Shown one piece after another: positions 1 to 13,125 of a stretch of 64,000 bases of DNA. Under the pieces are notes generated by a model. It was not told the origin of the DNA and made no database searches. It saw only the letters and a list, made by a program, of their open reading frames with translations. Positions within the stretch are counted from its first letter, which is position 1; each line of letters opens with the position of its first letter. The stretch spans positions 124,026-188,025 of the forward strand of contig MNCI01001632.1 of NCBI GenBank assembly GCA_015680685.1, written 5' to 3'. Made by a program: the position numbers and the translations under genes. Source of the DNA: Gnetum montanum. Taxonomy: Eukaryota; Plantae; Gnetophyta.

Positions 1-90
1 CACAACTAGTCCATTTGTGGAGTTCGACCGGATTGCGCATGCGATGCTCGTTTCGTATGGTTGAGTGTAGGGGTACCTCGCCACTCATCA
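1..90 (+). mobile_element. 3' end of an Athila-type LTR (same family as element A), inserted into a LINE
   Basis: The reverse complement of 1-90 matches the LTR terminus at 27873 and 39687 (TGATGAGTGGC[GA]AGGTACCCCTACACTCAACC...ATGGACTAGTTGTG). It ends ...CTCATCA and is not followed by a PBS, so it is a 3' or solo LTR. Confidence 0.85.
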
Positions 91-1100
91 AAAACCATCA
101 AGTCCTATAGCTTTATTGTTTGGTAAACTAAAAGTTACTACTTTGATTTTTTTTACTATAATTTCTACTTCAAGAATACTTCAATGTTCTTCTATTATAA
201 GATGAGGAATATGTGTACTAGATGCTTGGAAGGATTCCTTGCTAAAACCTTTAAAAGAAAAATGATTTGCTAAAATACTATTAATATTCTTAGAATCTAT
301 AATGATAGAAGAATTTATATAAAGTGATTTCAATTTAGGTACTTCACCCTTTCCTTTTAGAAATCTAAAAATTCTTTGCAAAATTCATCTTCAATTTTAA
401 GTCAACCCATACAACTTCTAGTAGGAATACTTTTAGCTTCAAAAGCATCCCAATGTTATTTAACATAATGAGCTTTCGTATAAGGGATTATGGTCTAAAA
501 GAAATTGTTTTTTCTTGATAAATTCTATGATATCTTCTTCAACTTAACACTTATGCTTAGCAAATTGCTTTCCAAACCAACTAGTATAATTTCTAACTCT
601 ACAAGTCATTTGCTAATAGTCAATCAAATCAATAGCACTAGTAACTTTTTTCCTGAATTTTATAAACATTTTAAAATATAGGGAAGAATTAATTTCAAAG
701 AGAAAAATGATAATATAAAAGTGGTCTAACAAAGTAGCATCTATAAAGAGTTATACTTTTCTTATAGGCCTCGAAAAGGAAATATTAGAGATGTAAAATC
801 TATCTAGCCAGAAATAAATTTTATTAATTATAACAAGTATAATGCTTCTCATTTGAATAATGTGGAAATAAAAAGTAACATTGAAAAGAAACTAATTTGT
901 AATCTAAAAAGCTAGAGATGCTCACCGTGTTATGCAAGCTAGATATCTTTAAATCCAAAATTTTCAATCATAATAAAGATTATAGATGGAAAGGCTATAA
1001 AAATTGTAGAACCCGAATTTGATTTTCCTAGTACCTAAAATATTTCATTTTTAACAATTTTAAAAAGTCCATAATTATCCATCTTGCAAAACCTTGCGAA
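91..1100 (-). mobile_element. Degenerate AT-rich L1 LINE ORF2 fragment (endonuclease to pre-RT region)
   Basis: Minus strand near 91-120 reads NKAIGLDGF, the KAPGPDGF motif. It is colinear with 45870-46650 and with the reverse complement of about 60300-61260. The right boundary is approximate. Confidence 0.75.
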
Positions 1101-1296
1101 AATACTATGATGTTATTTAAAGCCATCAAATTTTGCAAAGAATTCATTCCAAGCTCATAACACCGATCTTATTGCCATGTATTCATTGGAACGCACTTTG
1201 TTGAAAAAGGTTGGATGAAAACCCATAACAAATGGAATGTGTTTCCTAATTGGCAAACAAGCACAGCCAACCATGGTTACACCCAATTTGGGCAGT

Positions 1297-1399
1297 TTGC
1301 TCTATGACAGGGTTTGTAGTTTTGTGAAATGGCTCTCCTAGGTTGCTTTGTATGATAGGTTTTGTGGTTGTGTGAAATGGGTATCTTAGGTTGCTCTGT
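1297..1399. repeat. Degenerate tandem repeat, about 46-48 bp, 2.2 copies
   Basis: Units begin TTGCT at 1297, 1343 and 1391 and share TATGA.AGG.TTTGT.GTT.TGTGAAATGG. Confidence 0.7.
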
Positions 1400-2213
1400 T
1401 GTGGTTTTATGCAGCCTTATTTTTATATGGAAATGCTAACCTTTTTTTAAATTTGAGACACGTGAGATAGAAGATTTTGTTTAGCTCTATAAAGGCTGCA
1501 CGGATCATAGTATCTTTTGACCTTATGCTATTTTTGTTAATGTGGATCTTCTCCGACGGAAAATAACCAGCACCTCCAAATTATACCAACACTGAAGGGA
1601 AACCCAGGTATCGTAAAGATAAAGCATCCAATTCTGGTCAATTTCTACGGCTTAAGAATAATGAAACCGACTAGAATCCGAGACATCCCCATACAAATAT
1701 ATGTTTTTCAAGAAAAAAGATTTCCAATGTTGACATTGGACTGAATTTAGGCCAGATACATGCACGTCCTTAGCAGAGAAATCTGCACTCCAGATTTCCA
1801 TGATAGGGGGACATCTTTTACCATCTCACGTGAACCCTAGAAAACACCGAGATTTTTCCATTAAAGAAAACCTTGGAAGGACGCCATGATCTGACGCGTG
1901 AGAGGATCCGTTGCTTCCCTGCAACACATGGCACGTATTCGCTCAGCTTGCCCACCAAGAAATAAAGCTGGCACCACCCATTATTTAAGAATATCACTGA
2001 TGTTACTGTCACAGGGAAATGCATGAGAATGTGGGAAGGGCGTGAAAAATGGAGTAATTTCTGCAAAGTTTTCCAGGACAGGAAGAAACACAGTCCCACG
2101 CACGACGATCCAGAAGCCCTGGAACTTCGAGCCACTGCAAAAAATTTGGGGCAGTTTAGGCCTCTACGGTTCCGAGGAGACCACAGTGACAGATCCATTC
2201 TACAGCTGAATTG

Positions 2214-2225
2214 TATAATATATAG
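2214..2225 (+). promoter_or_regulatory. Candidate TATA box of the DVL/RTFL gene; G-boxes (CACGTG) upstream at 1459-1464 and 1827-1832
   Basis: TATAATATATAG lies about 240 nt upstream of the ATG and is followed by a CT-rich leader. Motif match only. Confidence 0.4.
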
Positions 2226-2460
2226 AGCATGGGTCCTGCTTCAAATTCCAGGAATGGCTCTTCAATCTGCCCAGAGGCCTCCCTCATTCTCTTTTCCAGT
2301 TTTCCATAGTTCTCTCTGATTCTGATCTGGTTTTTAAGTGGCAGCAAACGCATATTCTGCCATTATGGGAATGTTCTGCTGCAGTCGAGAAGCTGGGAAT
2401 CATCAGAGGAATTTAGGGAATTAGGATTTGCAGAAGGAATCTCAATATCTTACAGCCTTT

Positions 2461-2625
2461 ATGGGTCAGAGCTATTCTAGGACCAGGCCTTCTGCGAAGG
2501 CAAGGGCTGGATTTGCCAAGAGATGTGTGGCAATTGCAAAAGAGCAGAGGGCTAGGTTTCGCATTGTCAAATGGTGTGTCACCATGCTCATTTGTGGCCA
2601 CTTTCATGGCGGTGAAGATGACTGA
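2461..2625 (+). CDS. DVL: DEVIL/ROTUNDIFOLIA-like (RTFL) small peptide, 54 aa: MGQSYSRTRPSAKARAGFAKRCVAIAKEQRARFRIVKWCVTMLICGHFHGGEDD
   Basis: The C-terminal segment F.KRC.A.AKEQRARF.I...CVTML.C matches the RTF/DVL domain consensus (KEQRARFYI.RRC..ML.CW). It is a single exon, as typical for the family. The ORF track start at 2428 is TTG; the first ATG is at 2461. Confidence 0.88.
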   Translation: MGQSYSRTRPSAKARAGFAKRCVAIAKEQRARFRIVKWCVTMLICGHFHGGEDD

Positions 2626-3814
2626 GAATTTCTACCATCTTTTTTACCTCAGACTATGCTTTAACTTGATGATTTTCTTTTTACCTCATCAGACAATTTT
2701 GTTAATGGTCTTCAGTTTTAACTGGCTGGTGGAGCAACCAAGTTGAGGGTTCGACTTTGTCTTCAGGGTTCATGCATATTTAGGGTTTGCAGAGCGACAT
2801 AGAGCGGTGACTGGTGACTGGTGAGGATTGAAGATTCAAGATAGTACCACAACTCCTCTTAAAGTCTAGGTTTGTCATCCTTCAAAAGTGAATGCTTTGG
2901 ATAGAAGAAATATGGTACAATTCAGAATCATTGCATCGTGTTACAGCTCTATGGGATGCAACAGGCGAGACATGTTTTGCATGTTTGGATAATCTACAGG
3001 AGAAGAAAAAAGAGCAGGAACAAGAGCTTTCGATGATGACGACTGTTTTGTTCATTTTTCCTATGGTCTAAGAAACTATGTACTATCCTGTAAGTGAGGA
3101 TTTAATTCCAGTCCTCACAATTAAGAGGGGGAATTTAGACTTTTAGCTCCTCATCCTCATCCTTTCCACTGTTATATGCATGTTTATCCTTAACCGGTAT
3201 GTTCTGCTTTATTTTTTTGAGCTGGTGCTCTACCAATAAACATGGTAGTCATTCAGCTTTGCGATGTGGCTTCTGCGTATCCAGTTCCCTGTAACAGTTT
3301 TTACCATCTCCTGTTTAAGGTAGACGGTTTCCCCTTGCTGAGCATGGCCCCATGTTTTTCGCCTTGGCAGTTTTGGTATCCAAATAGCCCTCTTTTGGTT
3401 CTGTGTTTGCTCTTTCAATTGCAAGAATTGATTAAAAGACTTTCATAGTCTCTAAAACAGAGATTTTGAATATTTTCAGGCGTATCAGTATCGTCAATTT
3501 GTTACGCAAATTTCATATTAATTTATAATCAACAATTTGTCTGAAATTAATTATAAAAGGTTTTTCTTTTTCTTTTTTTAAGGTTGGAAAGGATGTAAGC
3601 AATATTTAGAACGTCCGCTCGGTAACGTAAGTATGTCGTATGTCGGAAGGTCATTACCGGTAAGTATGTTGCGTGTCTTGGTAATGAGGTGTTTGGCTTA
3701 GTGATATCGGGATTTAGTGATATGGACCTTGGCTTGCTAATTTGTTTTGATTTCTCTGTGCTCACAAATTTTGATTCTACTCCGGACTCCGGAGCATTCT
3801 ACTCCGGAGCATTC

Positions 3815-4420
3815 GGTGTACCTATGCTTCAATTATTATTTTAGGTAATTACTTGGTTTTGTTCTATAGTAGCATCAAGTTTTATCCCTCTAAAAATCTA
3901 TTCATAGATTTGATTCTAGAGTAGCATCAAGTTATATACCTCTAAAAATCTATTCATAGATTTGATTCTGCAATAGCATCAAGTTGTATCCCTCTAAAAA
4001 TCTATTCATAGATTTGATTCTACTCTGGATTGAGTGACTTCAAAAAAATTTCAAGTGTACCTATGTTTTAATTATTTTTGGTTGGAAGTCTTCCGAAGGT
4101 AATTACTTAGTTGCATTCTATTGGATACTTAGTTATAACCTTCTAAGAATCCTGGGTGTGCTTATGTGGTCATAGGTTTGATTGTACTCAATAACGCTGA
4201 GTTATAACCTTCTAAAAATCTTGGGGTGTAGCTATATTTCAATTATTTCACTTGATTCCATTCTATTGAGTAGCACTCAGTTATAGCCTTTTAAAAATCT
4301 TGCAGTGTACTTATGTGGTCATAGGTTCAATTGTACTTAGTAGCATTGAGTTATAACCTTCTAAAAATCAGTGTACCTATGTTTCAATTATTTTTGGTTA
4401 GAAGCCCTTTAAAGGTAATT
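3815..4420. repeat. Complex minisatellite: three near-identical 52-bp units (3870, 3922, 3974) followed by longer degenerate variants
   Basis: Unit TAGCATCAAGTT.TAT.CCTCTAAAAATCTATTCATAGATTTGATTCT. Later units reuse AGTTATAACCTTCTAAAAATC, GTGTACCTATG and CATAGGTT. Confidence 0.85.
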
Positions 4421-7400
4421 ATTGGGTAATGAGTTCCCTTCCCTCTATTAGAAACTCAAACAATGTGACAAATATCTATTCTCCTCTCTTTGAAAACTTA
4501 AAAAGTTAATTAAATTTTCAATAATATAAATTTTAAAAAATAGAATATAATTTAGAGGTACTTGAAAGATAATATAATTTATAGATACTAGAAATTTAAA
4601 TAATTTAACTATTACAATGAGGTTTGAACATAGTGGGAAGACACTTAATTTGGAAGCTCTTTCAGGTCATGAGTTTGATACTTGATTTGGAAGCTCTTTC
4701 AGGTAATGAGTTTGATTCCTATCCACAATGCTGAGTCATATAAAGTTCTAATTAGATTATATATGTTAAAGTGTAGCTATATTTTACTTATTTCACTAAC
4801 ACCCCTCTAAATAATAATTTAATTCCTATAATATGCTTATAATTTAGAGACCGAGTGTAAGAGATAGATGAGAAGCACAATCTGCGCTCTCTTAGATTCG
4901 TTAATTCTAGATTCTCTTGGCTAAATATTTATTATACTTTTCATCATTTAACAATTTTGGAACAGCTTTTTGTTTAGTATGCAACGCATCCAGACCATTC
5001 TTTAATGTTTTAGATAATTGAGTTTTTATTTTTCAAGTGTTCTTCAATTCTTAGTGCATCAATGTCTTGTTGCTCTTTGAAGGTGTACTTGAAAAAAAAT
5101 TACAAAGTGGTTTTGCATTATTGTTAAGCTTCCAGAAAACATTTCACTTTAGTCAGTTAATGTCTCTAATACAACGTTCTATTTGGTTTCTAGTTTAATT
5201 GTAGTTATGACACTTTTTTTCTAAGTTGGTTGGTTTGTTTCTTTTGATCAAAATTAAAAAGATTGATGAACAGAATCGGAATTATCGGAATTATGCAGAC
5301 CAAACCCTACTTGCAGTCGTAGTCGGATCCCTTTTGCATGCATTAAAGCTACTTTCATTGTTCTTCGACTTGGGCTTTATTTCTTCATTCAAAGAAACAA
5401 TTCCTTCATGATGCCATATTTCATATTTTATGAAATCTTGTCCTTGTTTCAACAGTTATTAAGTACATTTGTCTATGATTTTCAGTTCTTTTTCTATTCC
5501 TTATTGAAATTTCATCTTGTTATTTTTAAATTTATCACTATTTTGTATTTTCAATTTTTTCCTTGACTCTATTGTTGTTTTGCATTTCAGATTTATTGCA
5601 TTGAATGACATTTTAGTGGTAAAGTTCTTAAGACATTTTTCTACAAGCTCTTTGCTAACAGAAAAAGAAAAAATAGATACCCTTAGTCACAGTAATTTGG
5701 GCAATTGGTAAGTATATCTATTTGTAATTTTTTTAAAAAATTCATTTTAACTTTTGTGAAGAGTAGCAGTCATATCTCATTTTCTAATTTTTACCATTAA
5801 TATTTACAGAGTCATAAAGATGAGCTCTATTCAAGACATAGATAGCAATGAGAATGAAATAGATAGTACTCTATTGAAGAAAAATGCATCACAAGAAGAA
5901 AATGTCTTAGATTGTAATGTGGAAATTTTGAAACCATTTGCAAAAGGTAGATTTATTTTAAAATCTCCATTAAAACAATTCGTAACACAATTAGAAACTT
6001 ATAAGAGTGAAGGAGGTGGAAGCAAAAGATAGAAGTGTCATGTATGTAGCCATGAATTCATTGCAAGTGGTACATAAATACATAATCATTTCTTTGAGAC
6101 ATTAGAAAATAAAACATGTTATTGCATGTAAATTTCCATATCCTGATATTTTAAAAGCTATGTATAGCTACTTTTAAGCAAAGATTATGATAAAGAGCAT
6201 TAGAGGAAAGTAAAAACAAGATAAAGGATGTTGTACAACCAGCAAAAAGAAAAGTGCTTAAACAAACATAAATAAGTTTTCAAGTTGAAAAAAAAAATAA
6301 AAGCTGATATCAGTATTGCAAAAATGTTCTATGTAAATGGATTACCATTCAAAATTGCACATACTCCTTCATTCAAAGAAGCAATTCGTTGTGCCATTAA
6401 AGTAGGTAATATTTTTAAATTTTAAATTATCATTTTTTATTTAAAATTATTAGTAAAACTAATATTTTTATATAGCAGGTCCATCTTATATCCCTCCAAC
6501 TAAAGATAAAATTCAAAATGATCTTCTTGATGAGAGGTATGAACTTAGCATGAAAGAGCTGGAGGAATGGAAGCAATTTTGGCAAAAAGTGGTTGTTCTA
6601 TTATAATGGATGGATGGACTAATATTCGTCAACGTTCATTAATTAATATTATAATTAGTTGTCAACTTGGACCATTTTTTCTTAATGCTACAGACTACTT
6701 CAATCATATAAAAGATGCTAATTTTCAAGCCAAATTATTAGAGACAACAATTGCAACTATTGGTTCAAGCAACATAATTCAAATTATAATAGATTTAGCT
6801 CCTGTTTGTAGGTGTGCAGGAAAAATGATAAAAATGATTCATCCAAATATATTTTGAGACTCCTTGTTGTGTTCATTCTTTAAATAATACACTTCATGAT
6901 ATTGGTAAAATTGATTGGGCGAAAAAGCTTATTATAGATGCAAGAGACATACAAATTTTCTTTTGCAATCATCATTATTCAAATTCCTTGTTTAGGGAAT
7001 GTAGGAAAAAATAAGACTTTCAAAAAGCCTATAAAAATAAGGTAATAGAATACAAAAGTCTTTATTGTGTGTTTTTAAGAAATTTGATTTATTAATGCTA
7101 TACTAATTATAGATTTTGTGAAACAAGTATGCTTCATATTTCATAATGTTGAAGAGAATGCAAGAGATACAAGAATTATTACAAACAATGGTTATAATGA
7201 GTAAATGGAAGAATTGGGAGGAAGCTAACACAACTATGGGAAAGAGTGTTAAAGAAAAGATTTTATCAGATAAGAGGTGGAAACAAATGAAGTAAGAAAT
7301 AATTTATTTGAAATATAATTCTTTATTTTTTATTGTTTGCATCTTTATGTCTTATTAAAAATAAGTATTTGTTATATTGTAGGAGGATTGTTAGCATGCT

Positions 7401-8410
7401 GCAACCTATTGTTGATGTCATTCATTATGCTGATATAGATACATCTGCACTAGGAGAAATTTATGTAATTTATGAAAATATGTTAACAAAAATTTTTAAA
7501 AAGGGTTATAGAAATGGATAGCTCTCTTGATTTTTATAATGCTTAGTTACTTCTATTGATTCTAAAAAGATGGAATACTACAAATACTCCATTGCATATG
7601 GCTACATATGCATTACATATTAAGTGGTATTCTTCAAAACATAGAGATAAAAATCCAACAAGGCTTTGTGATGATTTTGATGAAAGAACAAGTTTTTTAG
7701 AATATGTTAAACAATTATATTCAACTTGTGAGGCTAGCTTAATTAGAAAGGAATGGCTTCAATTTATTAAAGGACATACAAAAGCATTTAAATGTGAAGA
7801 TGTTATACTTGATATAGATGGAATAGCTCAAGAAGATCTAGCTAGATGGTGGAGTTTGCATGGTGGAGATACTCTTAGACTTTAAACTTTAGCAGTGAAG
7901 CTTCTTTCTCAAGTAATATGATCAGTTTTTCATTAAACATATAACAAATATTAACATGTATTAATTTTCTTAATTAATTTATAAAATGTGATGTTTGAAA
8001 ACTTGAAATAGTGATGTTTTATATATCATTATGCATTCTCTAAACACCATGATTAGTAGGCTATTAGGTCTGAAGCTTCAAATCAGTTTGTTTATTGATG
8101 AAGTTTTGCATAATTTATAAAATGAATCTTTTAACAATGCAAAAATTTATTCTTGTTTTAATCATTTATGTAGGTTGCATCTTCTTCTGTTGTTGAAAGA
8201 AATTGGTCAACATATTCTTTCATTCATTGGATCAAAAGAAATAGTATAACTCTAAAAAGAGCTAAAAAATTAGTATTTGTTCATAAAATGATTAGATTGG
8301 AAGAAAGAAAGGAAATAAAATATAGGCAATCACCTTGGGATGTTAATTCAGAAGATGATGATGTTTCAATAGTTGATGATAGAGATAAGCATTGAAAACA
8401 AGAAGGAACA

Positions 8411-9890
8411 ATGAGCGTCCAAGGAGCAGCAGCGGGCATGGAGGTTCAAGGAATAGTCGTGGGCACGGAGGATCAATGGGTGGAAGCTAGCGTGATGGCC
8501 CAAGTCGTGACGATCGAATCGGTGGACACGGCCATAGAGGAGCCCAATGTAACCAGGACAACAGCATCAGAGGAGAGGCAAAAGACCTAGGATTTTGGCG
8601 AGTGCTCCAGGGATGATGTTGCACTAAGGATCAAAGTCAAGCGCTTGGCCACAGATACCCTGGAAAGATTGGAGCGTAGCCTAATTGAAAAATTCGTGTC
8701 AAAAGGGGCGCGTCCATGCATGGATCTGATCTGGCACTAGACCTGGGCAGTGTGGGGGCTAGACACGGTGACGGTTAAGTGCCTGGTGGAGGACCACCTC
8801 CTTTTCTATTTCACCTCGCTGGAGGAACAAGAGAGAATCCTGGTGGGGGGACCTTGGTTTTACGGGGCAAGGGGTTTGGCTCTAGCAGCCTAGCACCCGG
8901 GAGCACATTAGGACCCAACGCTATTTGAATGAGCACCTGTTTGGATGAGGCTACATGGCCTCCCCCTAGAATACTGGTCGACAGAGTTCATACATTCACT
9001 TACCGAGTTGTTCGGTGAGTTTATCAAGTTCGACCATTTCACTGCAGCAATGGATCATCTGGGTTTTGTGCAGTTCTGTATGTGGCAGCCCCTCCAATCT
9101 GTGGAGCCTGTCGAGGAGCTGGTGTTGGACATAGGCCTCGGTGAGGAGTGGGTCCAGGTCTAGTTTGAAAATCTACCAATGGAGGCACAACCTCCATCAC
9201 TGGTCGCTCGGATGAGGGCCGACTAGGCCCATCATGATCGTAACACATCCACCATGGATGACAGGTGGTATCTCATAGGAAAAAAAGGCCGAGTGGCAAA
9301 TAGGAAATCTTAGGTGCCCAATAGCGGGACTTGGCATACCTAGGGGGACCTCTCCACTGGGAGGGGCCCCCACATGCTGGCGAGTCTCAGGGTAAGGCTG
9401 AGGCTAACGGTCGATCACTTCCCGATTCCGGAAAGCTGCCAGAAAGAGCAACCATGGACACACGCGGGGAAGGGCCGACGAAGGCCAGACGAGAAGCCTA
9501 GCCAAGTATGGTGAGTAATCCCTATTTTAACTCCCTGATAGGGGCTGGTGCCCTGGGCCCCATGGGCACCCATAAGGTGAGCATCCAGACAAGGATCGAG
9601 TCAAAGAAGGGTTGTTATGGGTCACCCTGCACCCCTGCTTTGGGGGGGTAGGATCCTTCCGGGGGGAGAACGTCCCTGCCGCTGGTTACGGACTAGATTA
9701 ACACTAGTCGTAGTTCGACGTGTCCTAAACCCCCTACCAGGGGGAAGGGGATACTAAGTGAATAGGGGATGGTGGTAGCCCATCCAGTGGCCAAGATTGG
9801 CCTCCTGGACAACAACACCCGCCGACACAAGGCTATGCAACTATTCGTCGATTTGAGAGTGCAACGTACACTCTAGGAGGTTTACAACTA
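8411..9890 (+). pseudogene. L1 ORF1 (DUF4283-type), disrupted
   Basis: ATG 25 nt inside the element. LLFYFTSLEEQERILVGGPWFYG and APVWMRLHGLPLEYWSTEFIHSLTELFGEFIKFD are typical plant L1 ORF1 motifs. In-frame stops; the end is approximate. Confidence 0.85.
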
Positions 9891-9905
9891 ACAAGCATCT
9901 CCACG

Positions 9906-12900
9906 AAGGTCCTCTCATGGAATTGTAGGGGACAAGGTATCCCATATAAATGGCATACCTTGTGATGTATGGTGCGTGATGAGGGGTGCAATATTGTGTG
10001 TCTACAAGCAATGAAACTCTAGTAGACGGAAACTCATATTTTGCAATGGCCGAGTTGGCATAGCCACATGGTGCCCAGCAGGGGACGGGCGAGAGGACTC
10101 GCAGTCCTCACCAAGGTGGACTCCTACGTCCTGGACACTTCTGACTAGTGCATCACGGTGCACTTGCCAGGGTTGGATGTGTGGGTTACAAACGTCTACG
10201 GTGCCCAACGGTGGCAGGACTACCTTCAGGAGCTATCCAGGGTCGTAGGGCTTATCCCCAACAACGCTGGCTTGGTGCTGATCGAAGACTTCAACCAAAG
10301 GCTCTACAGCTGGGAGAAGATCAGAGATAGTCTAGCGGAGCCCCCAAGGGCCTCCAAATTCCTCGTGCTATTACAACGTACTGGTCTCACCGACATGGAA
10401 ATCGTGGGATGCACGTACACCTAGTGCAACCGTCAACAGGGAGTAGCACGGGTCTAATCCCAGATTGATCGGGTGTGGATCAATAAGGTGCTGTTTTCGG
10501 AGTGGGACATCCATGCCTATGGTGTGGCTTAGATGGCCTTGGCCCACCATCCCATTCTCTACCAGCTGGAACAAGACGTGTTTCGGGCCCCATGCCCATT
10601 CTGGTTCGAACACACCTGGCTTCGAAAACTGTGGCTGGGTGAATTGGTTCAGGACATTTGGCAGAGATATCTGACCTTGATTGATCTATGAGACTTTCTA
10701 AAAAATGGATTAAACACCCTCAAATGTCACATTAAAAAAATTGATACCACAGAAAAATACAATTTTAAAGGATACCGTGTTTAGATCTAGGCCAAACTGC
10801 AGGAAATTCAGATGCAGCAGGAACAAGGGGCTGATCACACATGTGAGGAGCTTGCCCTCCTGGCCAAGCTGTAACTCCTACAATGTGAAGAGGAAGAGTA
10901 TTGGCGGAAATGGGCCCACGTGCAGTGTCTGAGAGCAGGGGACTGTCACACGAAATTCTGCTTTGCAACAGCGAAGGCACACCGTGGCACACGCCAAAGA
11001 ACGCTGTAATGCCTCACTCACGGTGAACAACCGCACCCACACTCTAGGGCGACCAGTTTGCTTCAGTACTGGCAGTGGGTCTGGAATTGGCAGCCAACAG
11101 ATCCCATTTTTATGTCGTTGTAGAAAAATTTAAACTTGGCCAACAACCTGCGGCTTATGCAACCATTCTCGCACCAGCAGCTCTGAATCGTGCTTCACGA
11201 CATGCTAGCAGATAAGGCCCCAGGGCCTGATGGGTGGCCCATTGAATTCTTTCGTGACTTCAAGGACATGCTGGGGGAAAACCTACTCGACGCCTTTAAT
11301 TCCATGTTGACATCGTGGTAGGTCCGTAATGAAATCAACTACTCTCACGTGGTCCTGCTACCTAAGACAGAGAATCCCACATCCCCAGGACATTTTTGTC
11401 GCATCGACGTCTGCAACTTGCTTCTACATTTATTTTCTCTCATGTTGGTCGCCAGGCTGCGGCCCCTCATGCCGTGTCTCATGGGGAAAAATCAGGCTAC
11501 GTTTATGAAGGGCCATCACCACCAAGACCAAGTCCTGCTATTGCAGGAAATTCAACACCCCCTTCGGGCCGCTAAATTGCCTGGCCTCTGCATCAAACTT
11601 GACATAACCAAGTCCTACGATTCCTTGAGTTGGGCCATCCTACGGACGGTGTTGCACGTGAAAGGCTTTGACAAGGCTTTCATGTTGCTTTGTCTGCAGA
11701 TCCAATGGGGAGGGTGGTACTCGCTGGACCTTGATGGGCACCTATGGGGCTTTCACGGGACCGAATGCAGGCTGCGACAATGTGATGCTCTCTCACCGCT
11801 CCTTTTCCTGATGATGATGGACCTCCTACAAACGTACTATTCTAAGGAAGGGGTCTAGGGGCTGAACATACATGGCATCCCCTACCTAACCACCCATTAT
11901 GCAGATGACACCATGATTTTCACCATGGCCACCATGCCATAGGCCAGGGCATTAATGAGGACGCTGAACAAAATGCAATGTGAGGTGGGACTGGCACCCA
12001 ATCCAAGGAAATTCGCATTACATTTCACACACACCCATCCTTCTGTATGCAACAAGGTCATTCAGATCCTAGGAATCCTACCTAGGGTTCCGAAAGACAA
12101 ATACCTGGGCATCCCCATCCACAACTGGCACCGCCTGCAAACCTGGCAGGCCCTCATTATGAAAATCCAGAAACGCACGACGCATTGGACGAATTGCTTC
12201 CTGTCCCACAAAGGGAAAATTGTGTTGGCGTCTTCCGTGATGGGGGCCATGGCGAGGTTTGCTACTTTGATGGCCTCCCTGCCCTCTAGAGTAGCAAAAA
12301 AAAATTGACTCGATTATCCAGGACTTCGTGTGGTCCAAAGGAAAGGGGGGGAAAAAGATGCACCTTGTGGCCTGGGAGAAGACCGCGTGGACTCGCTCTG
12401 CGGGGGGCGGGGGAGGGAGGGGATGGGCATTCTTCCTTTTGCGGTTGAGGCCACCTTAGGATGGCAACATCTTCTTCAGCAGCTTTCTACTACAAATGAT
12501 GACCCCTCCTTATGGGTGCAAATCCTGCGGCAGAAGTATAGCCCTTGGGAGGTGGCCAATTCCGATTCTCAGGTGTGGCGGCAGCTTTGCGTGCATGTCA
12601 GGGCGCTAAACCATGAAACTGAGATCACGTTGCACCCTCGACAGCTCCTCCAAAGACAATTCATGATCAATCCATGGTGGATGTGGCTGTGAAAGGGCAT
12701 CCTATTGGAAAAAATTAAAATGTTCAGGTGGTTGATTCTCCACCATTCTCTCCCTGTTCAGGCCTTCCTGTAGACACGTGGCCTGGCAATCAGTAATTAA
12801 TGCCTACTGTGCAATGAACACACGAAAAATGCTATAGCACTTCATGCATGAGTGCCACATAACCAGACAATTATGGCAAACGGCTAGCCTGCAGTTACCT

Positions 12901-13098
12901 GAGTTCTTGGGTAATTCGTCGATGCTGGCAGTGCTATGGATCCTGTGGCAGGCCAAGAATGATCATGTCTTTAAAGGGGGGGCCCTACTTCCTATGGCCG
13001 TGTTGATCGATAGGTTCTGAAACCTCTGGCATGAAATTACCACCATAATGAATCCGCATGTCCACCTCGAGCAACCTGTTACCGTCCTCCAACATTAA
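9906..13098 (+). pseudogene. L1 ORF2 (APE endonuclease, reverse transcriptase, zf-RVT), disrupted
   Basis: KVLSWNCRG at 9906, NVYGA and EDFN (endonuclease). DKAPGPDGWPIEFF at about 11211, KLDITKSYDSLSW, LRQCDALSPLLF, YADDT at about 11898, KYLGIP (RT). KIKMFRWLILHHSLP..CLLC..H..EC (zf-RVT, about 12710-12880). Confidence 0.92.
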
Positions 13099-13125
13099 TC
13101 AGATCGTTGGCGCTAGATCTCTCGC

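Noticed and set aside
1818-2353. Overlapping 65-126 aa ORFs upstream of DVL
   Set aside because: No recognisable homology. Likely chance ORFs in a GC-richer promoter region.
3870-4400. CRISPR-like array
   Set aside because: The units are contiguous tandem repeats without unique spacers, there are no cas genes, and the context is eukaryotic.
4625-4730. tRNA or SINE head (A-box-like TAGTGG, B-box-like GAGTTTGATTCC; 37-bp duplication); similar at about 15905-15985
   Set aside because: No cloverleaf, poly-A tail or TSD. The motif matches are too weak.
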